Source of the DNA: an uncultured archaeon
Lineage (GTDB): Archaea > Asgardarchaeota > Lokiarchaeia > Sigyniarchaeales > SOKP01
DNA: 64,000 nucleotides
Direction: 5' to 3'
Assembly: GCA_964486045.1 (NCBI GenBank)
Contig: CAZALK010000009.1
Span: forward strand, 64,001-128,000
Both the position numbers and the translations under genes were made by a program. Position 1 is the stretch's first letter. Each line of letters starts with the position of its first letter. This document shows positions 41,247-51,074 of this stretch, one piece after another. The notes beneath the pieces were generated by a model, which made no database searches, was not told the origin of the DNA, and saw only the letters and a list, made by a program, of their open reading frames with translations.

Positions 41247-43049
41247 ATGTGGTTTGGTTTGGAAGCCGAAGAATACGATAGAGATTATGGGGATTTAGTC
41301 CTTTTAAAACGTATAGTAAGCTACTTTGGCAAATATAAACGTCCAATGATAATTGTCATAATTTTTTTAACAATCTCCTCGACATTCAGAGCATTGATCC
41401 CTGTACTCACTACTATTGCAATAAATAATATTGGTAACACCCAAGGTATCTTTTTTATTTTTTTAATAATATTATTTATTTTTGGTTTGAACTTATCAGG
41501 ATGGGTTTTTAACTATTTTCGTCAACTCAATATGTCTCGAGTCGTTGGGGACGTAATGCTAGATTTAAGAAGGGATGCCGGAGAAGCTGTGTTAGAGCAC
41601 GACCTCTCGTTTTTCGATAAACACCCTATTGGAAAAATTGTTAGTCGAATAAATACAGATTCCCGAGATTTATCTCAAACGGTAGAATTGACCCTTGACG
41701 TGATCTCATCCCTCTTTATGATTATTTTCATTCTTATATTTATGAGTTTCATGAATCTAACACTCCTTCTAATAACAATGATCTCAGTTCCTCTCTTCTT
41801 TGCGTTAGCATTATCTTTTCGCAAAGTTGCAAGATCAAGAACTTTATTAGGACAAAGAGCTTTAGCTTCTGTTAACGCCTACGTGAAGGAAAGCTTTTCG
41901 GGAATTCAAATTGCAAAAACTTTTCGCCAAGAAGATAAGCTGTATGAAAATTTTAATGAAGTAAACAATATATCTTATAAGGTTAATCTCCGTAGAAGTT
42001 ATGTATTTAATATTATGTTTCCTGTTTTAAGTTTAATTCAAGGAACAGTTTTAACTTTAATCGTATTCTATGGAGGGGGAAGAGTTTTAGATGGAAGTAT
42101 TAGCGCTGGTGATTTGAATCTATTTCTCCAAGGATTAAGTTATCTATTTATGCCATTACTGACCATTGCTACCTTTTGGCCAGCATTTCAAACTGGTTTG
42201 GCATCATCTGAAAGGATTTTTGCCTTAATTGATACTCTACCCCTCGTTGTACAAAATGATAATATTAAACCACCTCGTCTTAAAGGTGGGATCGAATTCA
42301 AAAATGTAACCTTTAGCTATGAAGTTTCCAAGGAAGTCTTTGAGAATTTTAACCTAAAAATTAATCCTGGAGAATCTGTGGCAATAGTTGGACATACTGG
42401 TGCTGGAAAATCTAGCTTAGCAAAATTACTCGCGAGGTTTTATGAATTTCAGGAGGGAAAAATCTTAATCGATGGTGTAGATATCAGAGATTATGATTTA
42501 AAAGAATATCGGAAACAGATTGGCATAATCCCGCAAACTCCCTTTCTTTGGGCAGATACGATTGAAAACAATATAAAGTATTGTAACAAAACGGCTACAA
42601 AAGAGGATGTATATAACGTTTTAAATATTTCTAGTGGCGCCGATTGGATTGATGATACATCAAATGGACTTGAAACTAATGTTGGGGAAAGAGGAAGGCG
42701 TCTTTCTATGGGACAGCGCCAATTAGTTGTTTTTGCTCGTGTACTGTTAGAAAATCCCGCAATTCTTATTCTTGATGAAGCAACAGCTTCTGTAGATCCC
42801 TTCACTGAAACTAGAATTCAAGAGGCTCTACAAAAAACAATTGAAGGGCGTACTTCAATCATTATAGCTCATAGGCTATGGACAGTACGTCACGTTCAGA
42901 AAATAATTGTTCTCGATCATGGAAAAATTGTAGAAGTAGGCAACCATGACGAATTAATGGCTAAAGGTGGGATTTACTCTGAACTTTACAATACTTATTT
43001 CAGACATCAATCTTTAGAATACATAGAAAGACTTAAGGAATTGGCATGA
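41247..43049 (+). CDS. ABC exporter TMD+NBD half-transporter (heterodimer partner)
   Basis: GHTGAGKS, LSMGQRQ, ILILDEAT, IAHRL; abuts the upstream gene. Confidence 0.95.
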   Translation: MWFGLEAEEYDRDYGDLVLLKRIVSYFGKYKRPMIIVIIFLTISSTFRALIPVLTTIAINNIGNTQGIFFIFLIILFIFGLNLSGWVFNYFRQLNMSRVVGDVMLDLRRDAGEAVLEHDLSFFDKHPIGKIVSRINTDSRDLSQTVELTLDVISSLFMIIFILIFMSFMNLTLLLITMISVPLFFALALSFRKVARSRTLLGQRALASVNAYVKESFSGIQIAKTFRQEDKLYENFNEVNNISYKVNLRRSYVFNIMFPVLSLIQGTVLTLIVFYGGGRVLDGSISAGDLNLFLQGLSYLFMPLLTIATFWPAFQTGLASSERIFALIDTLPLVVQNDNIKPPRLKGGIEFKNVTFSYEVSKEVFENFNLKINPGESVAIVGHTGAGKSSLAKLLARFYEFQEGKILIDGVDIRDYDLKEYRKQIGIIPQTPFLWADTIENNIKYCNKTATKEDVYNVLNISSGADWIDDTSNGLETNVGERGRRLSMGQRQLVVFARVLLENPAILILDEATASVDPFTETRIQEALQKTIEGRTSIIIAHRLWTVRHVQKIIVLDHGKIVEVGNHDELMAKGGIYSELYNTYFRHQSLEYIERLKELA

Positions 43050-43071
43050 GCGCCTTTTCCATTTAACCCCT

Positions 43072-43521
43072 ATGCCAGATGAAGAAAAAATCCTTGAAAA
43101 TTATGTAGAACCAGATATAACAGTTGAATACATCTTCATAGAAAAAGCGGATACCCAGATTAAACCGATTAATGATGATCAAGGATATCAGATGGGCTTT
43201 TTTAGTCTTTTTGTCTCTGGTGAGTTAAAAAATAACAATTTAAGTGATTTCAAGAAATTATTGTTGGATGAATTGAATTATAGCGTTAAAACCTATGACT
43301 ATTTTAAATCCAATAAAATATCTCTGGGAGATTACAAATTTGCCCTTGTAGATAATAATAAAATTGTTTCTGAATTTACTGTGTTGGATGAGAATTTTTT
43401 TCAAGCATTATTAGCATCACAAAGAAATCTAATGATTGTAGGTGAGAATTTTATTATAGAGAATTTTCTGCGTGATTCTCTATTTTACGAATGGTTTGAA
43501 GAATACACGAATAGATATTAA
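43072..43521 (+). CDS. Hypothetical acidic protein
   Basis: 149-aa ORF co-oriented with the ABC pair; no motif recognised. Confidence 0.65.
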   Translation: MPDEEKILENYVEPDITVEYIFIEKADTQIKPINDDQGYQMGFFSLFVSGELKNNNLSDFKKLLLDELNYSVKTYDYFKSNKISLGDYKFALVDNNKIVSEFTVLDENFFQALLASQRNLMIVGENFIIENFLRDSLFYEWFEEYTNRY

Positions 43522-43540
43522 TAAGATAATTTATTTTTTT

Positions 43541-45190
43541 TTAGAACTTAATTCTTTTTAATACTGGATATCTCCTACCAATTCCGAAGGCGCTTTCACT
43601 AACCTTAATTGTTTGAACTAATTGTCTCCGTTTGTATTCGGAATTTAGATAAAGATTTCTAACTCTATTAATTGTATTCACATCAAAACCTTGGTCCTTT
43701 AAATTCTGAAATTCAGAACCAATTCCATTTTCAATAATTTCTTCCAATATCACATCTAACACATCATATGGTGGAAGGGAATCACTATCTTTCTGATTTT
43801 CACGTAATTCAGCAGTGGGAGGTCTTTCTATTATTCCTTTAGGGATTATCTCTTTATCTCGATTTATCCAATCACATATATCATAAATTTGAACTTTTAA
43901 AAGATCCCCAGGAACATTCTTACCACCACAAGTATCACCATATAAAGTACAGTAACCCACTCCAATCTCAGATTTATTCCCGGTAGACACCAAAAGCCAA
44001 TTGAATTTGTTAGAGTAATACATTAATATATCTGCTCTAATTCTTGCTTGAAGGTTCTCATCTGCTATATCAAAACGTTGTTTTCCCATGTTTTTTTCTA
44101 TATTTTCTTCATAGATAGCAAATAAATCGCTAATAGGATGAATAACATATTTAAGATTTAAATTATCGCATAATTTTCGGGCAAGATCTATACTTTCTTT
44201 TGATGTGAATCTTGTAGGCATCATTATAGCAGTAACTCTTTTTGAACCGAGAGCTTTTGCACAGATATAGGCAGTAATAGCAGAATCAACTCCACCACTT
44301 AGGCCTAATACCACACCGACGAAGACACCACTTTTGTGATAATAATCAAAAAGGTTTAATTTCAAAGCATTTACGACATCTTCTCTCCAATCTGCTTTAG
44401 GATGCGATTCTTCAGTCGTTTGAGCTTCATTGACTAGTAACTCGAAAAAACGAATATCCTCTTCAAATGCTTTCGCTTTAAAAACAATCTGACCATATCT
44501 ATTTGTAATAAAACTTTGACCATCATAAACTATTTCGTCAAGCCCACCAACCATATTAACATATGCTATAGGTAGTGATAGTTCTTTGGATTTTCCTCTA
44601 ATTAGATCACTTCTTAATTTAAATTTGTTAATATGATAAGGTGAGGCATTAATAACAATCAAAATCTCAGCTCCATTTGCTTTTAAGTTCCTTGATACTT
44701 TCACATTATAATGTTCATCCCATATATCCTCACAAATTAATATTCCTACTTTGTATCCTTTAATTTCTACTGGTTCATATTGATTGTCAAATGAAAAATA
44801 TCTTCTCTCATCAAATACATCATAGTTTGGAAGTAATCGTTTATTTACGCTTTTAATAATTTTATTATTTTCAATAACAATAGCAGAATTATAGAACCGA
44901 TGTATTTTTCCTTCTATTTTTTTTGGTTCTGTAAATGTGCCCAAAATAATTGTTGATTCTGTCTCAATTTCCTTAATTTTTTTAATAGCTTCAAGATTTT
45001 TCTTTCTGATTAGGGGATCATGAATATGATCCATAATTGGATAACCCACAAGCGCCATTTCAGGAAATATGATGATCTCACTTTCTTGACTGTTTCTAAT
45101 TATCCCTATTATTTTATTAGCATTATACTCAATATCTCCTACAATTGGATTAATTTGAGCAATTTTGAGCTTTAAGCTTCCATTTAGCAT
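43541..45190 (-). CDS. nadE: Glutamine-dependent NAD+ synthetase
   Basis: Nitrilase domain (FPE, KRLLPNYDVFDE, ICED) plus synthetase domain (GLSGGVDS, ENLQARIR, TGNKSE, PTAEL). Confidence 0.97.
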   Translation of the reverse strand: MLNGSLKLKIAQINPIVGDIEYNANKIIGIIRNSQESEIIIFPEMALVGYPIMDHIHDPLIRKKNLEAIKKIKEIETESTIILGTFTEPKKIEGKIHRFYNSAIVIENNKIIKSVNKRLLPNYDVFDERRYFSFDNQYEPVEIKGYKVGILICEDIWDEHYNVKVSRNLKANGAEILIVINASPYHINKFKLRSDLIRGKSKELSLPIAYVNMVGGLDEIVYDGQSFITNRYGQIVFKAKAFEEDIRFFELLVNEAQTTEESHPKADWREDVVNALKLNLFDYYHKSGVFVGVVLGLSGGVDSAITAYICAKALGSKRVTAIMMPTRFTSKESIDLARKLCDNLNLKYVIHPISDLFAIYEENIEKNMGKQRFDIADENLQARIRADILMYYSNKFNWLLVSTGNKSEIGVGYCTLYGDTCGGKNVPGDLLKVQIYDICDWINRDKEIIPKGIIERPPTAELRENQKDSDSLPPYDVLDVILEEIIENGIGSEFQNLKDQGFDVNTINRVRNLYLNSEYKRRQLVQTIKVSESAFGIGRRYPVLKRIKF

Positions 45191-45276
45191 TTTGAGTTCT
45201 ATATTAAATTAAATTTGATATTAATATTCTTTTCCTCTAAGAATTATAAAAAAAACCAAAAAAAATCTTAATTGTA

Positions 45277-46626
45277 TTATAATCTTATGTAGCGATTTCT
45301 TTCCCAGTCGCTTACAACAAGTCGATATGCATCAAATTCTTCTAATTTAGCATAATAATAATTCTTAAACGCAACTTCGCCAAATGTATCTTTCATTAAT
45401 TCAGATTTTTTGAATTCCGTGATTGCTTCACTTAGGCTTCCAGGTAAAGAAATAATCCCTTCTTTTTCCATTTCTTTTGATGATAAATGGTAAACATTTC
45501 TGTCTGTTGCCTCAGGAATTTCAATATCATCCGAGAGAAGTCCTTCTAACCCCGTTCTAATTAATACAGCAAATTGTAGATATGGATTGCCCGAAGGATC
45601 TGGACATCTTATCTCATTTCTAGCTGAATCAGGTTTTCCATGAAAGTCTGGTACTCTAATTAGGGGAGATCGATTTCTAAATCCCCAAGCTAGATAGACT
45701 GGAGCTTCATATCCCGGAACTAAACGCTTGTAAGAGTTAGGCCAACTACTTAATACAGCACACATAGCCCTAGCATGTTTTAATTGACCGGCCATCCATT
45801 TTTTCATTAATATAGAAATATTGTCTGCATCATTTTCATCATAGAAGATATTATTACCGCCTCTCCAAAGGGATTGGTGTACATGCATCCCAGATCCATT
45901 GATTCCATGAAAAGGCTTTGGCATAAATGTAGCAGTCATCTTATTTTGAGCTGCAACAGTTTTTACAATTGTTTTTATAGTAATTGTATTGTCTGCTGTA
46001 TCAACAGCTTTATCATATCGAAAGTCTATTTCATGCTGTCCATACGCTACCTCGTGGTGGACGCATTCGACATCAATTCCCATGGCATCGCAATATTCAG
46101 CAATAGTATATCTCATCAATTCGTTTATATCATATGGATCATAGTCGAAATATCCTCTCATATCTGAAGGTTTAAATTCTTGCGTAGTATCAGGAGTTAG
46201 TATAAAAAATTCCATTTCTGGAGCACATTGAAAAGTATAACCATGTTCTTCTGCTTTTCTTACAGCTCGTTGCAAAATATATCTTGGATCTCCTTCATAA
46301 CGTTTTCCATCTGGTGTATAAATGTCACAAATCACTCTTGCAACTTTTCTTTCTTTTCTCCATGGTAAAAGAAAAAATGTACTCGGGTCAGGTATAGCAA
46401 CTTTATCGGATTCCTCTATGGCTCCATAACCTGTAATGGAACTTCCGTCAAAGCTTTCGCCAATATCAAATATGTCTTCAATCCGTTTTGAGTTTATTTC
46501 AAAACTTTTGATTATCCCATGGATATCTGTAAATTGGAGATAGATAAATTTAATATCTTGTTCTTTTATCTTTTCAATTACAGCATCACATACCTGCTTC
46601 CTTTTTGGATCATCTTTTTCAATCAT
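45277..46626 (-). CDS. glnA: Glutamine synthetase type I (alpha)
   Basis: LQFTDIHG, FDGSSI, HHEVAYGQHEIDF, FMPKP...GSGMHVHQS, NSYKRLVPGYEAP, NRSPLIRVP. Confidence 0.98.
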   Translation of the reverse strand: MIEKDDPKRKQVCDAVIEKIKEQDIKFIYLQFTDIHGIIKSFEINSKRIEDIFDIGESFDGSSITGYGAIEESDKVAIPDPSTFFLLPWRKERKVARVICDIYTPDGKRYEGDPRYILQRAVRKAEEHGYTFQCAPEMEFFILTPDTTQEFKPSDMRGYFDYDPYDINELMRYTIAEYCDAMGIDVECVHHEVAYGQHEIDFRYDKAVDTADNTITIKTIVKTVAAQNKMTATFMPKPFHGINGSGMHVHQSLWRGGNNIFYDENDADNISILMKKWMAGQLKHARAMCAVLSSWPNSYKRLVPGYEAPVYLAWGFRNRSPLIRVPDFHGKPDSARNEIRCPDPSGNPYLQFAVLIRTGLEGLLSDDIEIPEATDRNVYHLSSKEMEKEGIISLPGSLSEAITEFKKSELMKDTFGEVAFKNYYYAKLEEFDAYRLVVSDWERNRYIRL

Positions 46627-46659
46627 AATTTTTAATCATTCTGTTTGTTTTTATCTATT

Positions 46660-47034
46660 TTATTCATAAAATAAAGAAGAATTGCTCTTATTTTTTATAT
46701 TAGGAGTGAAAAATTTTTTTGATGGAAAGACTATTGGGATGCTCTCCTTTTTTGGTTTAAATCTTCTAACAGCTTCACTATTCCAATCATAGAGATTTCT
46801 TTCATTTATTGCTAAGCTTTCTGGTTCAGGAGTTAAATCTTTAATTGATTCACTAGTTCTGCTTTTTCTAAATGCAGTAGTATCAATTCCTAAGAAGACT
46901 GAACAATTCCATTTGTGATTGGTTTTATCTCCAATATCTGCCACACCACTATAAACCGAATAATCCTCACAATCTTGACAGATTTTTCTGTCATAGTGGT
47001 ATTTTTTTCCGCATACGGGACATTTTATTTCCAT
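46660..47034 (-). CDS. Uncharacterised zinc-ribbon protein (KWxC/LxYE family, copy A) directly upstream of glnA
   Basis: CPVCG...KICQDC...HKWNC...LFYE*; 33-nt gap to glnA; paralog at 55832..56332. Confidence 0.85.
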   Translation of the reverse strand: MEIKCPVCGKKYHYDRKICQDCEDYSVYSGVADIGDKTNHKWNCSVFLGIDTTAFRKSRTSESIKDLTPEPESLAINERNLYDWNSEAVRRFKPKKESIPIVFPSKKFFTPNIKNKSNSSLFYE

Positions 47035-47381
47035 AATTTCTTTTTCACAGTTATTAAGTTTTTGTTATAGTATTTTTATTAAAAGGAAAATTACTTGATT
47101 TCCCTAAGCAAATCATTTTTCACTTTTTAATAGGTTAATACTCATTTTATTTTCTTAAATACTATATGTGATCGTATATTTAAAAATATTAGTATTAACT
47201 TATTCAATTGTTAACATTTATGGGAATAAAGATTTATAAATGATCATTAATCTATAATAAGAGTGATCGATTGATTCAATTCATAATTTTTGTCGTGAAA
47301 AATAATGATCATTCAGTTATTTTTCAGTCAAAGTTATGGACGAATGCATACTTTAATAATAAAGATTAGGCTATTAATAAT
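47035..47381. promoter_or_regulatory. Divergent promoter region between the Zn-ribbon/glnA/nadE unit and the Lrp regulator
   Basis: TATA-like boxes near 47180 and 47235; AATGATCATT palindrome at 47239-47248 and 47304-47313; GTGATCG at 47168 and 47263. Confidence 0.55.
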
Positions 47382-47879
47382 ATGACCTCAAATATGGATC
47401 TTTCTGATTTAGATATCAACATCCTCACTAAGCTGAGTGAAGATGGTCGATTCTCACTTCGTCAACTCGCAAAAGATTTGAATGTAGGTTCACCAGTAAC
47501 GATCAAGAATCATGTTGAGAGTTTGGAAAAAAAAGGGATTATTAAGAATTATGGTGCCCAAATTGATTATGAAAAATTGGGTTATACCATTATTGCACTT
47601 ATTGAAATTACGGTTTCAAAAGGTAAAATGATTGTTGTCGAAGAAAAGTTGGCCCAAAATCCAAATGTTTTTGCAGTGTATGACATCACAGGGACGTATG
47701 ATGCTCTTATTCTTGCTAGGTTTAAAACAAGAGCAGAACTTAGCGATATGATAAAGAAAGAGATTCATGCTTCCCCTAATGTTGAGCATACAAATACACA
47801 TATAATATTAAATATTATTAAAGAAGGGTGTTCTTTTACTGAATTGCTAGAAAAGGAAAAGGAAAAGGAAAACGAGTAA
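47382..47879 (+). CDS. Lrp/AsnC family transcriptional regulator
   Basis: LSDLDINILTKLSEDGRFSLRQLAK HTH, LEKKGII, IDYEKLGY, VYDITGTYD. Confidence 0.95.
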   Translation: MTSNMDLSDLDINILTKLSEDGRFSLRQLAKDLNVGSPVTIKNHVESLEKKGIIKNYGAQIDYEKLGYTIIALIEITVSKGKMIVVEEKLAQNPNVFAVYDITGTYDALILARFKTRAELSDMIKKEIHASPNVEHTNTHIILNIIKEGCSFTELLEKEKEKENE

Positions 47880-47986
47880 ATACCCGTTTCACCTTTCATT
47901 GAAAACCTAGGAATTATAAAATAACCTTTTTTAAGTAATATGTCTATTCTTTATTCATAGAATATTTATGATCAAAACAAGAAAAA

Positions 47987-48322
47987 ATGGCGCTAAAAAT
48001 GAAACTAATAACACGAGAAGAACTAAAAAATAAAATAGACGCAAAAGAAGACTTCAAACTAGTTTTTACTCTTGGAGAATGGCCTTATAAAGCAATACAT
48101 ATACCTAGTTCGCTCAATATTAGCTCTCCTGAAAAAATTATAGAGCAACTCGAAAAAAATGATGAGATTATTGTTTATTGCTCATCTGAAGAATGTTATG
48201 CTAGCATTATGGCATATCATGCTCTGATGAACAATGGTTTCACCAATGTTAGGCGTTTTGCAGGTGGTTTGGAAGAATGGCAAAAAGCAGGTTATGAATT
48301 AGACGGAGAAATGGTGGCTTAA
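47987..48322 (+). CDS. Single-domain rhodanese-like protein
   Basis: HIPSSLNI, IIVYCSSEEC, GFTNVRRFAGGLEEW. Confidence 0.9.
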   Translation: MALKMKLITREELKNKIDAKEDFKLVFTLGEWPYKAIHIPSSLNISSPEKIIEQLEKNDEIIVYCSSEECYASIMAYHALMNNGFTNVRRFAGGLEEWQKAGYELDGEMVA

Positions 48323-48526
48323 GAGTATATAACCTCATATTTCTTCCAGTGGTAGGATCAATGACTTTTTGAATTATTTCTTCTTCTTTGAGCATCTTGT
48401 ATTTTTCTCCTCTCAAATTATGTCTTAACTATAAAAATATTTAATAATCGAATCAATTTTCAATAGAAAAATTTTTGTTAAATCCAACTAAATATATCAA
48501 AATAAAAAAAATCTTGTGCTAAAAAT

Positions 48527-49855
48527 ATGGGAAAAGTTCTAGAACTTGCTGAAGATTTGTGGACAGGGAAGAAAGATACTTTTACTTATCATCCTTTCGG
48601 TATGCCACGAGGACTTGAGTTGATTGATGGTCGTGATACTAATCGGACTTGGTTTTACCGTGGCTTTTCAAATACGATTATTAGGGAAACAGATGAAGGA
48701 TTAATTATTGTAGATCCTGGTGCATTATTTGATATTAGAGAAAGATTCAGAGCCGTCAGAAAGGTATCCCAACAAAGATTAAATACTGCTATCTTCACGC
48801 ATGGTCATGTTGATCATGTTGGAATAAGGGATTATTTAAAAGAATCTAAGAAGAAAAATTGGCCACCACCTCAAGTAATTGGCCATAAATCAATGATCGA
48901 TCGTTTTAATCGATATAAATTAACTGAATCCTGGAATGGATACATAAATCTTAGACAATTCAGAGGAAATCAAGGTGAACCATTTTTTCCAACTGGTTTT
49001 TATTATCCTGATAAAACTTATGACGGAGAGTTAGCTTTAAAAATAGGAGGAGTCAATATCCAACTGAAGCATGCTAGGGGTGAAACAAACGATCATACTT
49101 GGGTTTTCTTTCCCGATAGTGGTGTATTATGTACTGGAGATTTATTTATTTGGGCGATACCAAACACCGGAAATCCACAAAAAGTCCAACGTTATGCTAA
49201 TGAATGGGCCATTGCCCTGCGAGAGATGAAAAGTAAAAATCCAAAGATATTGTGTCCGGGACATGGGGTTCCAATTATTGGGAAAGAAAGAGTAACAGAT
49301 GCATTGAACGACACTGCGTCGCTTCTGGAGTCACTTCATGAGCAGACGATTGATTTAATGAATAAAGGTGTTTCCCTTGATACTGTTATCCATAATGTTA
49401 AGGCTCCAGATGATCTACTCAAAAAACCTTATTTAAAACCGGTATATGACGAACCAGAATTCATCGTGAGGAATATTTGGAGATTGTATGGTGGCTGGTA
49501 TGATGGAACACCTTCACATCTTAAACCAGCTCCCGAACTTGCCCAAGCAAATGAAATAGCAAATCTATCTGGTGGAGCTAATAAGCTGGCGGAGAGAGCA
49601 AAAGAACTTCTAGAACAAGGAGAATTAAAATTGGCATGTCACCTTGCAGAATGGGCTTTTTTAAGTTCTCCTGATGATAGTTTTGTTCGCAAAATCGCTT
49701 CAGATGTTTTTACTACTCGTGCTAAAGCAGAAACATCCACGATGGCAATCGGGATATATTTATCTGCCGCTAGAGATATGAGAGGGGAGACTGAAAACGA
49801 ATCACTTGGTAATACCATCAAGTTTTCCCAAGATGAAAGAAGGGAAAAAAAATAA
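48527..49855 (+). CDS. Alkyl-sulfatase (SdsA/BDS1)-like MBL-fold hydrolase
   Basis: FTHGHVDH, GETNDH, TGD, CPGHG, IWRLYGGWYDG. Confidence 0.9.
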   Translation: MGKVLELAEDLWTGKKDTFTYHPFGMPRGLELIDGRDTNRTWFYRGFSNTIIRETDEGLIIVDPGALFDIRERFRAVRKVSQQRLNTAIFTHGHVDHVGIRDYLKESKKKNWPPPQVIGHKSMIDRFNRYKLTESWNGYINLRQFRGNQGEPFFPTGFYYPDKTYDGELALKIGGVNIQLKHARGETNDHTWVFFPDSGVLCTGDLFIWAIPNTGNPQKVQRYANEWAIALREMKSKNPKILCPGHGVPIIGKERVTDALNDTASLLESLHEQTIDLMNKGVSLDTVIHNVKAPDDLLKKPYLKPVYDEPEFIVRNIWRLYGGWYDGTPSHLKPAPELAQANEIANLSGGANKLAERAKELLEQGELKLACHLAEWAFLSSPDDSFVRKIASDVFTTRAKAETSTMAIGIYLSAARDMRGETENESLGNTIKFSQDERREKK

Positions 49856-50152
49856 AAAAATAAGTAAAAACTCGTTATTGTATAGCAATAATGAATTGTA
49901 ATGATAATTCCAATTAAGAGAATTGAAATAATTCCAACTTGTATTAGGAATCTTACTTTACCGAAATTTTCTGGGATTAGATATATTAACCGATAAATCG
50001 CAAAAGTTTTTATCCATACACAAGGTTAAGGAAGTCAAAACGGAGATAGTGTTAGACCTAATAAACCAAGATCACTCAACTTTTATTCCTGAATAATAAA
50101 AACCTTCTTTAAAAAGTAATAATCTGATAAAACACTTAAAAAATTGGAGCTA

Positions 50153-50377
50153 TCAAAGGAGTTCTCTTATATTTTTCTTTAAATCCTCGTTTTCTTTACC
50201 AAAAACGCGTAAATATGTCTCTTTCTCTTGATCTACATCAAATTTTGAAGTTATTCCACGATTTTTTAATTCCTCAAATAAATCCCATAAAGAAGCGCCA
50301 GAAATATTCGCTGCGCGTTCTAAGGTATCACCTTTTTGGTATAAATCAATAGCAACCTCTACTTTTTGTGAAAGCAT
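50153..50377 (-). CDS. UPF0175-like antitoxin/HTH protein, possibly N-terminally truncated
   Basis: AIDLYQKGDTLERAANISGASLWDLFEELKNRGI. Confidence 0.65.
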   Translation of the reverse strand: MLSQKVEVAIDLYQKGDTLERAANISGASLWDLFEELKNRGITSKFDVDQEKETYLRVFGKENEDLKKNIRELL

Positions 50378-51074
50378 ACAAAATCATTTTTGATTTTTGA
50401 AACCTTAAAATTCAGAAATTCATTCCTTTAATTATTTAATATTCATCTAGTTCAGTTTAAAATGTTTTCCTTTTTCTAGAAATAAAATTAAAATCACTAA
50501 AGCGTGAAAGGGTATTCATAAATTTTGACTTGGCTGGTCGTTGATGATGTGACTCCTTGGAATTTGGATAATTGCAAGAGATTTTTCCTTTAAATAAACT
50601 AAAAACCAAACTATTAAATGGTTTAGAAGTAAAAATACTATTGTAGATAAGATAAAAAACCTATCCATGACTCCTACCAAGCACCCTGGATTTTTGTCTT
50701 TTGGCAGTGTAAGCACTTACACTCTAATTTAATCTTTACCTATATTGTCTTTAACCTTGGTTTTAGGTCTCGCTGGTAGGAGTCGCTCTTAGATATTGTT
50801 ATCCTCAAGATTCTAATTCAAGAGAAAAAGTTTACTATACAAATTGATGAAACTGAGGAACTAATGATAATTACAATTGTTACCATGAAATTCTGATCCT
50901 TTGAATAATTTCCCACAGAACCAGAAATATAATCCCGGGTAATTAAAATAAGTCTCGTTTTCTATACATTGTTTATGTTTTTAATTATATTTTTATGTAA
51001 AATTTACCTAATTTAATTTATTACCAGCGATATAAGGTATTAGATTAATCATTTATAAGTTAGAGCAAAATAAA

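Noticed and set aside
39399-43049. Degenerate Walker B and signature motifs in the ABC pair
   Set aside because: Standard asymmetry of heterodimeric exporters (TM287/288 type), not novel
49870-50950. Hydrophobic fragments including ORF 50516..50716
   Set aside because: Probably decayed membrane-protein remnants, too degraded to assign
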